A stretch of DNA of 64,000 nt from Pseudomonadota bacterium (GTDB lineage: Bacteria; Myxococcota; Myxococcia; Myxococcales; Myxococcaceae). Below, piece by piece: positions 47,704-58,300 of this stretch (positions within the stretch are counted from its first letter, which is position 1; each line of letters begins with the position of its first letter). The notes under the pieces are model-generated. The model saw nothing but the letters and a program-made list of their open reading frames with translations, was not told the DNA's origin and made no database searches. The translations under genes and the position numbers were made by a program. The stretch lies in assembly GCA_023426545.1 (NCBI GenBank), contig JAFAAN010000147.1, positions 1,836 through 65,835 of the forward strand, written 5' to 3'.

Positions 47704-49905
47704 ATGAAGGCGCGCTCGCTTCGCTTCTACCTGGGATGGCTTGCGTTCGGTCTGTTCGTGCCGCTCGTGTTCTTCGCGGCGGGCGTGGTGGACCGCTTCG
47801 CGGACTCGCAGCGTGACGCCCGCGCCCAGGGCATGCGTGAGACGGCCCGCGCGCTGGCGCTCGTGGTGGACCGCGAGCTGGGGCAGTCCATCCGCGCGCT
47901 GGAGGTGCTCGCGCACTCGGCCGCGCTGGCGGAGGGTGACTTGAAGTCCTTCCATGCCACGTGCCTGTCGGTGGTGCGGACCCAGGAGCCGTGGGGCTCG
48001 CTCTCCCTGCTGGACCTGAAGGGGAGGACGGTGCTCACCACCGAGCAGCCCTTCGGGATGGACCTGGCCGCGCGGGTGGATGAACGGCCCTACGTGCGCG
48101 AGGTCGTGGAGACGGGGCGGCCCATCGTCTCCGACTTCCCCTATCAGCGCCTCCAGGGTCCGCCCACGGTGGTGGTGGCGATGCCGGTGAGCCGCCGGGG
48201 CGTGCTCACCGGCGTGCTGGTGGCCACGTACTCCATGAAGCACTTCGACCGGCTCTGGGACGAGCAGCGCATCTTCGGGGAGTGGGTGGGCACGCTCGTG
48301 GACGAGGAGGGCATCATCCTCTCGCGCAGCCGGGGCCGCGGCCGCTTCGTCGGCATGAAGGCCCGGTCCGAGTCCGTCGAGAGGATTCGCGCCGCCCGGG
48401 AGGGGTTCTTCGCGTCGCGGACGGTGGACGGGGTGAAGTCGTATGTGGCGTTCGCGCGCCTGCAGCTCGTCCCCTGGACGGTGTCGTTCTCGGGGCCGCG
48501 CGCGGCGTTCACGTCGTCGTTGACCCCATCGCTGCTCGCGCTGTTCGTCGCGGGGCTGGGGTGTTGTGCCATCGCCGCGGTGTGGGCCACCTGGGTGGGG
48601 CGCCGCATCACCCAGCCGCTGCGCGCATTGGCCCGCGCGGCCCGGGAGCGCCCGGACTCGCCCGATGCCTTCACCAACGTGGGCTCCACGGGCATCTCCG
48701 AGCTGGAGGACCTGCGGGCCACGCTCGCGCTCACCGCGGCCATGGTGACGGAGCGCGAAGAGGCGCTGCGCACGAAGATGACGGAGGCGGAGGCGGCCAA
48801 CCTCGCCAAGGACCAGTTCCTGGCGATGCTGGGGCACGAGCTGCGCAACCCGCTGTCCGCCATCACCAGCGGTGTGAAGGTGCTGTCGGTGGCGGGCGAC
48901 GCCGCGCGCCGTGAGCGGGCACGCGCCCTGGTGGAGCGGCAGGCCTTCCATCTGGCGCGGCTGGTGGATGACCTGCTCGACGTGGAGCGCGTGAGCAGCG
49001 GCCGCATCCTGCTCCAGAAGCGCGTCATCGACCTGTCGGACTGCGCGCGCCGCGCCGTCGCCGCGCTGGAGGCCTCCGGGAAGACGCCGGCGCATCAGGT
49101 CGAAGTGGACGCCGCGCCCGCGTGGGTGGAAGGCGACGAGAGCCGTCTGGAGCAGGTGGCCACGAACCTGGTGTCCAACGCGCTCAAGTACACGCCGCCG
49201 GGCGGTCGCGTCCGCGTCGTGACGCGTGAGGCGCCCGACCACGCGGTGCTGGAGGTCTCCGACACGGGGGACGGCCTGTCGCCGGAGCTGCGGGAGCGGG
49301 TGTTCGAACTCTTCTTCCAGGCGGACCGCACGCTGGACCGGGCCCAGGGAGGGCTGGGCATTGGTCTCACGTTGGTGAAGCGGCTGGTGGAGCTGCATGG
49401 TGGCACGGTGCAGGCGTACAGCGACGGCCCGGCGAAGGGCAGCACCTTCACGGTGCGGCTGCCTCGGGGGCACGTGGCGCAGCCCCCCGCGCTCCCCGCG
49501 CGCTCACCGGAGCCCGCCACGGGACGGCACGTGCTCCTCGTGGATGACCACGCCGACAGCCGCATGCTCGTCCGGGAACTGCTGGAGCTGGAGGGGCACA
49601 CCGTCAGCGAGGCGGAGGACGGCCCCTCCGGGCTCGCCAGGGCGCGGGAGCTGCGCCCCGAGGTGGTCCTGCTCGACATCGGCCTGCCGGGCCTGGACGG
49701 TTACGAGGTGGCGCGAGCGCTGCGGTCCACGGAGGAGGGACGCGACCTGGTGCTCATCGCGGTGACGGGGTACGGACTGGACGAGGACCGGCGCAAGGCC
49801 CTGGAGGCAGGCTTCGACGAGCACCTGGTGAAGCCGGTGGACCTCACGCGGATGCGCGAGCTGCTCCTGTTGCGCAAGGACGCCCCCCGCGCTCAGTCCA
49901 CATAG
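47704..49905 (+). CDS. Hybrid sensor histidine kinase / response regulator with periplasmic Cache-like sensor
   Basis: It has two TM helices flanking a periplasmic domain of about 270 aa. The kinase motifs are H-box HELRNPLSAI, N-box NALKYT, G1 DTGDGL and G2 GGLGIGL. The C-terminal receiver has VLLVDDHADS, VVLLDIGLPGLDG and the conserved Lys in HLVKPV. Confidence 0.92.
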   Translation: MKARSLRFYLGWLAFGLFVPLVFFAAGVVDRFADSQRDARAQGMRETARALALVVDRELGQSIRALEVLAHSAALAEGDLKSFHATCLSVVRTQEPWGSLSLLDLKGRTVLTTEQPFGMDLAARVDERPYVREVVETGRPIVSDFPYQRLQGPPTVVVAMPVSRRGVLTGVLVATYSMKHFDRLWDEQRIFGEWVGTLVDEEGIILSRSRGRGRFVGMKARSESVERIRAAREGFFASRTVDGVKSYVAFARLQLVPWTVSFSGPRAAFTSSLTPSLLALFVAGLGCCAIAAVWATWVGRRITQPLRALARAARERPDSPDAFTNVGSTGISELEDLRATLALTAAMVTEREEALRTKMTEAEAANLAKDQFLAMLGHELRNPLSAITSGVKVLSVAGDAARRERARALVERQAFHLARLVDDLLDVERVSSGRILLQKRVIDLSDCARRAVAALEASGKTPAHQVEVDAAPAWVEGDESRLEQVATNLVSNALKYTPPGGRVRVVTREAPDHAVLEVSDTGDGLSPELRERVFELFFQADRTLDRAQGGLGIGLTLVKRLVELHGGTVQAYSDGPAKGSTFTVRLPRGHVAQPPALPARSPEPATGRHVLLVDDHADSRMLVRELLELEGHTVSEAEDGPSGLARARELRPEVVLLDIGLPGLDGYEVARALRSTEEGRDLVLIAVTGYGLDEDRRKALEAGFDEHLVKPVDLTRMRELLLLRKDAPRAQST

Positions 49906-50294
49906 CCAGGGCAGTAGAGAATCGCGGGCTGGCACAGCTGCACCACGCGCCAGGAGTCCGCGAACGTCTGCTGTCGCGCCTGGATGTAGCAACCCGCGGG
50001 GTCCTCATCGGGCGCGGCGAACTGGCAGAGCTGGACGGCCTGGCCCTGGGTGAGAGAGCCCTCGTCCTGAGCACGCAGGAAGCAGTCGGCGGGGGCCGCG
50101 GAGCGGGCGCCCCGGCAGAGCTGCGTGGCCGAGGAGTCGTCGAGCCCGCCATCCGTCGCGCGCTGGTAGCAGGACACCTGCGGCGCCGGGGCCTGGGCGG
50201 CGGCCGTAGTCAGGGGCGCCGCGGTCGTGCCGAGCGCGACGGTCAGGCGGGCCAACGGACGAAAGAGCCGGGACGTCCCACTGCCTGTCTTCAT
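49893..50294 (-). CDS. Small secreted protein with three tandem Cys-bracketed repeats
   Basis: It has a signal-like N-terminus ending AAAQA. Three units of form C[YF]x(16-17)QLC follow: CYQRATDGGLDDSSATQLC, CFLRAQDEGSLTQGQAVQLC and CYIQARQQTFADSWRVVQLC. Its 3' end overlaps the kinase 3' end by 13 nt. Confidence 0.6.
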   Translation of the reverse strand: MKTGSGTSRLFRPLARLTVALGTTAAPLTTAAAQAPAPQVSCYQRATDGGLDDSSATQLCRGARSAAPADCFLRAQDEGSLTQGQAVQLCQFAAPDEDPAGCYIQARQQTFADSWRVVQLCQPAILYCPGYVD

Positions 50295-50580
50295 GGAGCC
50301 TCCTTCCCAGGCAATCTAGGCGCCCGGGCGCGGCGAGGGCGGCCCCCGGCTGCTGCTCCGCCCCGGGACGGAGCAGGAGGGCAGGGCCTGCTCCGCAGCC
50401 CTGGTCATGCCCCGTGAGTGTCCGGTGGTGGGGCGTGTCCGAGTCGAGACGTCCACGGTGCGAGGTGTTGGCGCACTTCATGACGAGGGGGCCGCGCGCG
50501 GTCCAGCATCCGGCAGACGCGGGCTCGGACACGAGGGCAGGCCCCTGGCATTCGGCCCCACCTCGGACCACCGCTTCGCC

Positions 50581-52890
50581 ATGAAACAACGACGTCCGTC
50601 ACTCGTGTTGCTGCTGAGCCTGGTGGCGCTCGCGATGGGCCTGCTCGGCATCTCGCTCGCGTGTCCTGGCGCCTCGGGGGGCCCGGGCGCCGAGCCGGGG
50701 GGGGACCCTGACATCCTCGACCCCACGGGCGACGCTGGCACGGATGGAGATGGAGGCTCGCCGCAGGCGGGGGGGCCCGATGGCGGCTCAGATGGAGGCT
50801 CCGATGCCCAGTCGCTCTTCGGGCTCGACATGCGGCCCGCCAACCCCACGTGTGTCGCGCCTCCCCGCCCCGCGGACCCGGCGGGGGCGACGCTCGAGCG
50901 CGCCTTTCCCGAGCTGAGCTTCAAGCAGCCGGTGTTCGCGCTCCAGGCCCCTGGGGACAGCAGCCGCATCTACGTGGTGGAGCGGGGCGGGCAGGTGCAT
51001 GTCATCGACCCGAGCGTCACGCCCGTGACGCGCTCGGTGTTCATCGACATCTCCGACCGGGTCACCGCGGAGTATGACGAGACGGGCCTGCTCGGCATGG
51101 CCTTCCACCCGGACTTCGCCACCAACGGGCAGGTGTTCCTCTCCTATGTGGGCGACTCCGAGACCGGAGGGCTTCGCTCGTCCATCGTCCGCTTCCGCAG
51201 CACCGACGGCGGCGCCACGCTGGACCCGGCGAGCGCGGAGGTCGTGCTCGAATATGCCCAACCCTTCTCGTTCCACAACGGCGGGCACCTCGCCTTCGGC
51301 CCGGATCGCTTCCTCTACTTTGCCTTCGGCGACGGCGGCGGCCGCATGGACCCGAAGAAGACGGCCCAGAATCCCGAGGAGCTGTTGGGGAAGATGCTGC
51401 GCCTCGACGTGGACGGGGCGCGGCCCTATGCCATCCCCCCCACCAACCCCTATGCGACGGCCGGCGGCCGGAAGGAGATCTACGCCACCGGCTTCCGCAA
51501 CCCGTGGCGCTGGAGCTTCGACCGGGACACCGGCGCGCTCTGGCTGGGGGACGTGGGCGAAAAGCTCCTCGAAGAAATCGACCGCGTCGAGCTGGGCGGC
51601 AACTACGGCTGGAGCATCCTGGAGGGGACCGAGTGCGTGGGCGGCGGCCGGTGTACCACCACGGGGCTGACGGCGCCCGTGGCCACCTACGGCCGTGGTG
51701 AGGGCGTCTCCGTCACGGGCGGCTACGTGTACCGGGGCACCGCCGTGCCGACGCTCGTCGGTAAGTATGTCTTCGGTGACTTCGGCTCGGGCCGTGTCTG
51801 GACGCTGCCGGGAGATGCCGTGCCGGGCGGCGGCGCGAAGCCGGAGCTGCTGTTCACCACCACGCTCGCCATCTCCTCGTTCGCGGAGATGAACGACGGC
51901 GAGCTGCTGGTGGTGGACTTCGCCGGAGGCGGCCTGCACCGCATCATCGCCTCGCTGCCCGCGGCGCCGGGGAGCGAGGCGTTCCCCACGCTCCTGTCCG
52001 CCACCGGCTGCGCGGACCCGCTGGACGTGAAGCGGCCCTCCGCGGGGCTCATCCCCTATGGCGTGAATGCTCCGCTCTGGTCGGACGGGGCGCAGAAGGA
52101 GCGCTTCATCGGGGTGCCGGACGGCACGTCGCTGTCGGTGGGGCCGGAGGGTGTCCTGGAGGCACCTCCCGGCACCGTGGCGGTGAAGACGTTCATGGTC
52201 GGCGGCCGCCTCGTGGAGACGCGGCTCTTCATGCGCCACCCAGACGGCATCTGGGCGGGCTACACGTACGAGTGGAACGACGCGGGCACGGATGCGGTGC
52301 TGCTGGAGACGGGCAAGGTGAAGACGGTGGGCACCCAGACCTGGACCTATCCCAGCCGGGGCGAGTGCATGCAGTGTCACACCGCCGCCGCGGGGTTCCT
52401 GCTCGGCTTGGAGGTGGCCCAGCTCAACCGCGACTTCGAGTACCCCGGAGCGCGCGTGGCCTCGCAGCTCGGAACGCTGGCGCACATCGGCGTGCTGACG
52501 TTGCCCTCCGCGGTGGATCAGCTCCCCCGGATGCCGGCCTACGACGGTCCGGAGCCCGTGGAGGCGCGGGCGCGGGCGTACCTCCATGTGAACTGCGCCG
52601 TCTGTCACCGGCCCAATGGCCTGGGGCGGGGGGACCTGGACCTGCGTTACGCCACGTCCGTGCCGGGCATGAAGGTCTGCGGCGTGGCCCCGCAGCACGG
52701 CGAGCTGGGCATCGCGGGGGCCCTGCTCATCGCGCCGGGAGACCCCTCGAAGTCGGTGCTGGCGCGGCGCATGCACTCGCTCTCGACGCCACGCATGCCG
52801 CCGCTCGCCACCGCCATCATCGACAAGGAGGGCACGGCACTGGTCGACGGCTGGATTACCTCCATGCCGACGTGCCCCGCGGGGCCCTGA
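50581..52890 (+). CDS. Lipoprotein: PQQ-dependent sugar (glucose/sorbosone) dehydrogenase domain fused to a C-terminal domain with two CXXCH motifs
   Basis: ATG at 50581 gives the signal plus lipobox LLGISLACPG. The SGDH blocks are GLLGMAFHPDF, HNGGHLAFGPDRFLYFAFGDGG and YATGFRNPWRWSFDRDTGALWLGDVGEKLLEEID..GGNYGW. The C-terminal CMQCH and CAVCH are heme-c-type motifs. Confidence 0.85.
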   Translation: MKQRRPSLVLLLSLVALAMGLLGISLACPGASGGPGAEPGGDPDILDPTGDAGTDGDGGSPQAGGPDGGSDGGSDAQSLFGLDMRPANPTCVAPPRPADPAGATLERAFPELSFKQPVFALQAPGDSSRIYVVERGGQVHVIDPSVTPVTRSVFIDISDRVTAEYDETGLLGMAFHPDFATNGQVFLSYVGDSETGGLRSSIVRFRSTDGGATLDPASAEVVLEYAQPFSFHNGGHLAFGPDRFLYFAFGDGGGRMDPKKTAQNPEELLGKMLRLDVDGARPYAIPPTNPYATAGGRKEIYATGFRNPWRWSFDRDTGALWLGDVGEKLLEEIDRVELGGNYGWSILEGTECVGGGRCTTTGLTAPVATYGRGEGVSVTGGYVYRGTAVPTLVGKYVFGDFGSGRVWTLPGDAVPGGGAKPELLFTTTLAISSFAEMNDGELLVVDFAGGGLHRIIASLPAAPGSEAFPTLLSATGCADPLDVKRPSAGLIPYGVNAPLWSDGAQKERFIGVPDGTSLSVGPEGVLEAPPGTVAVKTFMVGGRLVETRLFMRHPDGIWAGYTYEWNDAGTDAVLLETGKVKTVGTQTWTYPSRGECMQCHTAAAGFLLGLEVAQLNRDFEYPGARVASQLGTLAHIGVLTLPSAVDQLPRMPAYDGPEPVEARARAYLHVNCAVCHRPNGLGRGDLDLRYATSVPGMKVCGVAPQHGELGIAGALLIAPGDPSKSVLARRMHSLSTPRMPPLATAIIDKEGTALVDGWITSMPTCPAGP

Positions 52891-52913
52891 GCCGGGACGG
52901 GGGGACAGGCACC

Positions 52914-54197
52914 TCAGGTGGGCTGCTGGACGGTCTCCGCCGTGGGCTTGCCGTCCTTCCGCGCGGGTGAGCGCACGTCGAAGTGGGCAATCACGGGCTG
53001 GTGGTCCGACGCCTCGGTGCTGCGGTCCACCTCGAAGAGGCGGGGGGCCAGCCCGGGACTGGCATACAGGTTGTCGAAGCGCTTGCCTGTCGCGGGCACC
53101 ACGCCGTTCTCGTCCGGCTGCGACGTGAGGGTGGCGCTGTCGGCGACGTCCTGGAGCCGCAGCCAGTGCTCGCTGCCGCGCTTCACCCGGCCGGAGCGCA
53201 GCTCCGCGCACGCCTGCTTCGGCGTCATCAGCGAGCCATCCGGCAGCCGCACCTGCGCGGTGGTGGCATGGGCGATGGTCTCCGGTAGGCCCGCTTCCAG
53301 CACGTGCAGCTCGTGCCGCAGCCGCGGGTCCGCGATGTTGCCCACGCCCCGGTCGCCCACGCTGGCGTGGGGCTCGCCGTAGCGGACCTCGTACTCCTCC
53401 ACCGTGTCGGTGTCGTCATACGTCTTGAGGTGCGCCATCAGCCAGGAGCCGCCCCGCTTGATGGCGGTGTTGGCGTTGAAGTCGCCCAGCACCACCGCGT
53501 GCGTCACCTCGCGCTGGTGCAGCAGCGCGTTGAGCTGCCGGAGGTTGCGCGCGTTGATGGCGGAGTCGCCCAGCGTGTGGTGCACGTTGTAGAGGGCGAC
53601 GGGGTGCCCCTCCACCTCCAGCCGCACGTACAGCGCGCCCCGGTCCTCGGGAATCTCACAGGGGTCTCCGCCGCGCCGCATGATGGCGGCGTCGCGCTCG
53701 GCGTCGGGCGTGATGTACGTGAAGTGCGCCGCGTCGATGAGCGGGTGCCGGGTGAGGAAGGCCTTGCCGTTCAGCAGGCGCGCCCCCGGGCCCCCGTCAT
53801 GCCCCTGGTAGGCCAGGTGGAAGCCGTAGCGCTCCGCCAGCAGCACCGAGACCGGGACGTTGGCCTCCTGCAACCCGAGCACGTCCGGCAGCCGGCCCCA
53901 GGCCTCGAGCACGTCGAAGTACCGTAGCAGGGCCTCGAGGTGCTTTCCGCCGAGCAGGATGTTGTACGTCATCACCGTGAGCCCCGGCCCTCGGGGCATG
54001 CGCGCCGCGGTGTTCCGGACGAGGAGCGTGCGTCCGTCGCCGAGCGCCCGTTCCGTCCGGGGCAGGGGCACGGAGGCGAAGTCGGGAGGGGCAACGGTGG
54101 CTTCGCGCCGTGGAAGGCGCTCTTGTGGCCCGTACGCCATGCGGCCGAGCAGGGGGCCGACCCCTGGCAGGTGCTCCAGCATCTCCGGGACCTTCAT
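52914..54197 (-). CDS. Endonuclease/exonuclease/phosphatase (EEP) family protein
   Basis: ATG at 54197 follows GGAGGT. The EEP blocks are LTVMTYNIL, DVLGLQE, VVLGDFN and the C-terminal SDHQPVIAHF. Confidence 0.8.
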   Translation of the reverse strand: MKVPEMLEHLPGVGPLLGRMAYGPQERLPRREATVAPPDFASVPLPRTERALGDGRTLLVRNTAARMPRGPGLTVMTYNILLGGKHLEALLRYFDVLEAWGRLPDVLGLQEANVPVSVLLAERYGFHLAYQGHDGGPGARLLNGKAFLTRHPLIDAAHFTYITPDAERDAAIMRRGGDPCEIPEDRGALYVRLEVEGHPVALYNVHHTLGDSAINARNLRQLNALLHQREVTHAVVLGDFNANTAIKRGGSWLMAHLKTYDDTDTVEEYEVRYGEPHASVGDRGVGNIADPRLRHELHVLEAGLPETIAHATTAQVRLPDGSLMTPKQACAELRSGRVKRGSEHWLRLQDVADSATLTSQPDENGVVPATGKRFDNLYASPGLAPRLFEVDRSTEASDHQPVIAHFDVRSPARKDGKPTAETVQQPT

Positions 54198-54375
54198 CCG
54201 ACCTCCTTCTTCCCCCAAGTTCGTTGCTCACCCTCCCCATGGCCAGGGGCCTCCCGGGGAATGGAGGGCTGGCAGGGCGATTCCGTTCGGATGCGGGGGA
54301 AGCGGCGGTCCAACCACACCGCAGGGCGCCCGCCGGGCAAGAAAGCCTGGGCGGGCCTGTGGTTGAATACCGGAC

Positions 54376-55179
54376 ATGCGGCGACTGGCGGTTCTGCTGA
54401 CGATGGCTCCCCTCTACGTGGCCTGCGTTTCGACAGGGGCCCTGCCCCCGAGCACGTCCTGCGCGAAGGGCAGGCTCTGGGCGTGCAACGAGTGGGGGAA
54501 GCAGCTCCTCCAGGATGGCGACGGGCAGAAGGCGGAGGAGGCCTTCGCGCGGGCCTGTGATGGTGGCTCGGAGCAGGGGTGCCTGGCGCTGGGGCGGCTG
54601 CGCATGGCGAGCGGCAATCTGGCTGGCGCCGAGGCCCCGCTCGTCACCGTGTACGAAGCGGACAGCGAGGAGGGAGCCCTGGCGCTCGCGGACCTCTACG
54701 AGGCGCGGGGCGGCGTGGAGCATGCGCGGGCCGCGGCGAAGCTGCGCCACGAGGCGCCCGCGCTCGACAAGCCGGCCTTCGACTTCGCCATGCAGTACCG
54801 GGTGGGCGCGTGGCGGCCGACGGCGGACATCGCCCTCAACATCCAGCCCATGGCCTTCCTGGACCGGCGCCTCACCATCGGCTCGAACATGGCCTATACG
54901 AGCCTGGGCGTCTCCGAGCTCAACGGCTTCGTCGGCTACCAGCACTTCGCGACGTCGTGGTTCGTCCCCTACGGCCGGGTGATGATGGGCACGGCGACGC
55001 GGTACTCCCGCGCGCCGGGCTTCAACGTGGGCGGTGAGGTGGGCGCCAGGCTGTGCCTGAATTACGTGGGCCACGTCAACGTCGCGGCGGGCATGTCCCA
55101 GGCGAGCGGTGGCTACATGTCCGTGGGCGTGGGGCTCAATGGCCTCTTCGTGCTCCTGGCCCTGCTGCACATGCACTGA
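54376..55179 (+). CDS. Lipoprotein with Sel1-like Cys-containing repeats and a Gly/aromatic-rich C-terminal region
   Basis: The signal plus lipobox is MRRLAVLLTMAPLYVAC. It has Sel1-like motifs (AEEAFARACDGGSEQGCLALGRL). The C-terminal half has alternating hydrophobic strands. Function is unknown. Confidence 0.6.
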   Translation: MRRLAVLLTMAPLYVACVSTGALPPSTSCAKGRLWACNEWGKQLLQDGDGQKAEEAFARACDGGSEQGCLALGRLRMASGNLAGAEAPLVTVYEADSEEGALALADLYEARGGVEHARAAAKLRHEAPALDKPAFDFAMQYRVGAWRPTADIALNIQPMAFLDRRLTIGSNMAYTSLGVSELNGFVGYQHFATSWFVPYGRVMMGTATRYSRAPGFNVGGEVGARLCLNYVGHVNVAAGMSQASGGYMSVGVGLNGLFVLLALLHMH

Positions 55180-55324
55180 CGCTCAGCGCTCCGGTGGTCT
55201 CGCGGACACGCTAGCGCCAGACGCAGCGAGACCCGGTGGCGCCTCACCGGGCCTTCAAGCGTTGGTGGGGCACCCGCCGGACGCCTACCGGCGGGAGCGC
55301 CTCCAGGCGCCCCGCTGGTGGACG

Positions 55325-58300
55325 TCACGCCGCTTCGAGCCCGTCCTCGCGGGCGCCGCGCGCCAGCCGCTTCTGGATGGCGAGGAACAGGGCCTCGTGC
55401 GTGGCGGGGGAGGCCAGCTCCACCTCGCCTCCCGCCGGCCCGAAGGCGGCCACCGCGTCGCGCAGGGCCTCGCGGGCGGACATGGCGAGCATCAACGGCG
55501 GCTCGCCCACGGCCTTGCTGCCGTGGATGGTGTTGTGCTGGTGCGCCCGCTCCAGCAGGCGCACCCGGAAGTCGATGGGCGCGTCGCTGAAGGCGGGCAC
55601 CGCGTAGGTGCTCGCCGAGTGCGTCAGCAGCCGGCCATTCGCGTCCCAGCGCAGCTCCTCGCCCGTGAGCCAGCCCAGGCCCTGGACGAAGCCGCCCTCG
55701 ATCTGCCCCCGGTCCACGCCGGGGTTGAGGGAGTCACCCACGTCCTCCAGCAGGTCCACGCGCAGCACGCGCTTGACGCCCGTGTGCCCGTCCAGCTCCA
55801 CCTCGCACACCGCCGCGCCATAGGCGAAGTAGAGGAAGGGGCGCCCCCGGCCCTGGGCCTTGTCGTAGCCGATGCCCGGCGTCTGGTAGTAGCCCGTCGT
55901 GGAGAGGCTCACGCGCGCCAGGTACGCGGCCTCCACCACGTCCGCGAAGGGCAGGGTGGCCTCGGGCTCGCCACGTGGGCCCACCTTGCCGTCGCTGAAC
56001 AGGAGCGCGTCCGGCGCCACGCTGCGCCCGTGCCGCTCGGAGAGCAGCCGCGCCGCCACCGGGGCCAGCCGCTCGCGCAGGGTGACGCAGGCCGCGCGCA
56101 CGGCGGCGCCATTCAGGTCGGAGCCGCTGGAGGCAGCGGTGGCGGAGGTGTTGGGTACCTTGTCCGTCGCCGTCTTCGCGAGCCGCACCGCGCCGGCCTC
56201 GACGCCCAGCTCGCGCATGACCACGCCCTGCACCTTGGTGTGCAGGCCCTGGCCCATCTCCGTGCCGCCGTGGGACACCATGACCGAGCCATCGCGGTAC
56301 ACGTGCACCAGCGCGCCCGCCTGGTTGAGGAAGGTGGCGGTGAAGGAGATGCCGAACTTCATGGGGGTGATGGCCAGGCCGCGCTTGATGAAGGGCGACC
56401 GGGCGTTGAAGGCATCCACCTCGCTCCGCCGGCGCTCGAAGTCCGAGGACGCCTTGAGCTCCTCCCAGATGCGGAGGATGCGCTCGTCCTCCAGCGCCTG
56501 CCCGTAGTGCGTGGTGTTCGTCTCTCCCGTGCCCCGGTAGAGGTTCCGCTCGCGGACCTCTTCCGCCGGCAGGCCCACGGCCCGGGCCACGCGCGCGAGG
56601 ACCTCCTCCATCACCAGCATGCCCTGCGGGCCACCGAAGCCGCGGAAGGCGGTGTTGGAGACGAGGTGCGTCTTCGCCACCTGCCCGGCATAGGACAAGG
56701 CCGGCACGTAGTAGGCGTTGTCCAGGTGGAACAGCGCGCGGTCCAGGATGGACTCGGACAGGTCCAGGGACCAGCCGCCGTTGGACACCAGCTGGACGCG
56801 CAGGGCGAGCAGCCGGCCCTTCTCGTCGAAGCCCACCTCGTATGACGCGTGGAAGGGGTGGCGCTTGCCCGTCACCATCATGTCCACGTCGCGGTCTAGC
56901 ATCCACCGCGCCGGGCGCCCCGTGTGCCACGCGGCCAGCGAGACGAGCGCGGCAGGGGCGTTGCCCTGCGTCTCCTTCCCACCGAAGCCGCCGCCCATGC
57001 GCGGAGCCTTCACCACCACGCGGCTGCGCGGCAGGTCCAGCACGTGCGAGATGATGGCCTGCACCTCGGAGGGGTGCTGCGTGGAGGACACGACGGTGAT
57101 GTCACCGTCGTCGCCACGATCGGCGAAGGCGGCGTGGGTCTCCAGGTAGAAGTGCTCCTGACCGCCAATGTCCAGCGTGCCCGACACGCGGTGGGGGCTG
57201 CTGGCCAGCGCGGCCTCCACGTCGCCCCGGCGGATGACGTGCGGCTCGGTGTGGTAGCTGCCGCGCGCCACCGCGTCCTCCACGGTGAGGATGGCGGGCA
57301 GGGGCTCGTACTCCACCTCCACGGCGCGGGCGCCCGCGCGGCACGCCTCCACGGACTCGCCCACCACCAGCGCCACAATCTGCCCGTGGAAGAGCACCTC
57401 GCGGTCCGCGAGCAGCGGCTCGTCATGGCGGATGGGGCCGGTGTCATTCATGCCGGGGACGTCCTCGGCCATGAGCACCTTCACCACGCCGGGCACCTTG
57501 CGCGCGGCGGTGGGGTCCCGCTTGAGGATGCGCGCGTGCGCGTGGGGCGCGCACACCGGCCAGACCTCCAGCATGGGCTGCCGCTGGGCCATGTCGTCCA
57601 CGTACCTCGCGCCGCCCGTCACGTGGCCCACCGCGCTCTCGTGCCGCAGCGAGCGCCCGGCATCCGCAGGGGCCTGCGCGTCACCCCGCTCGAAGCCGGG
57701 CGCGGCGTCCAGGGCCGGGCTCCGAGAGCCGGAGAAGAACTTCTCGAACAGGCCCGCCACCAGGCCCCGCCGGTACTCCGCGCTGCCGCGCAGGTCGCTG
57801 ATGGGGGTGAGCTCCTCCGCGAGCACGGGCAGCACCTGCGCCACCGTCTCGGCCGTCCAGGGCTGACCGGTGAGCACCGCCTCGGCGCGGCGCGCGCGCA
57901 CCGGCGTGGCCGCGACGCCGCCATAGCCCAGCCGCGCCAGCCGCACCACGCCGCTCGCGTCCAACTCCACGCGGAAGCCCGCGGCGACGATGCTGATGTC
58001 CAGCTCGCGCCGCTTGGAGACCTTGAAGGAGTCGGCCAGCCGCCGGCCGCCCTCGGGCACCGCGGCGTGGGGAATGATGATGTGGCGGACGACCTCGTCG
58101 GGCTGGAGCGCCGTCTTCCGGTAGGTGAGGAAGAACTCGGACAGCGCCACCGTGCGCTCACCCCGCACCGAGCCCAGCACGAGCGAGGCGTCCAGCGCGA
58201 GCAGCACCGGCGCCATGTCGCCGATGGGCGAGGCCGTCACCAGGTTCCCGGCCAGGGTGGCGCGCTGGCGAATCTGGCGCGAGGCGAAGACGTTGAGCAT

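Noticed and set aside
47491-53211. Minus-strand ORFs of 660 aa (47491-49473) and 807 aa (50788-53211)
   Set aside because: They are antisense to the hybrid histidine kinase and the PQQ dehydrogenase respectively, both of which have clear motifs.
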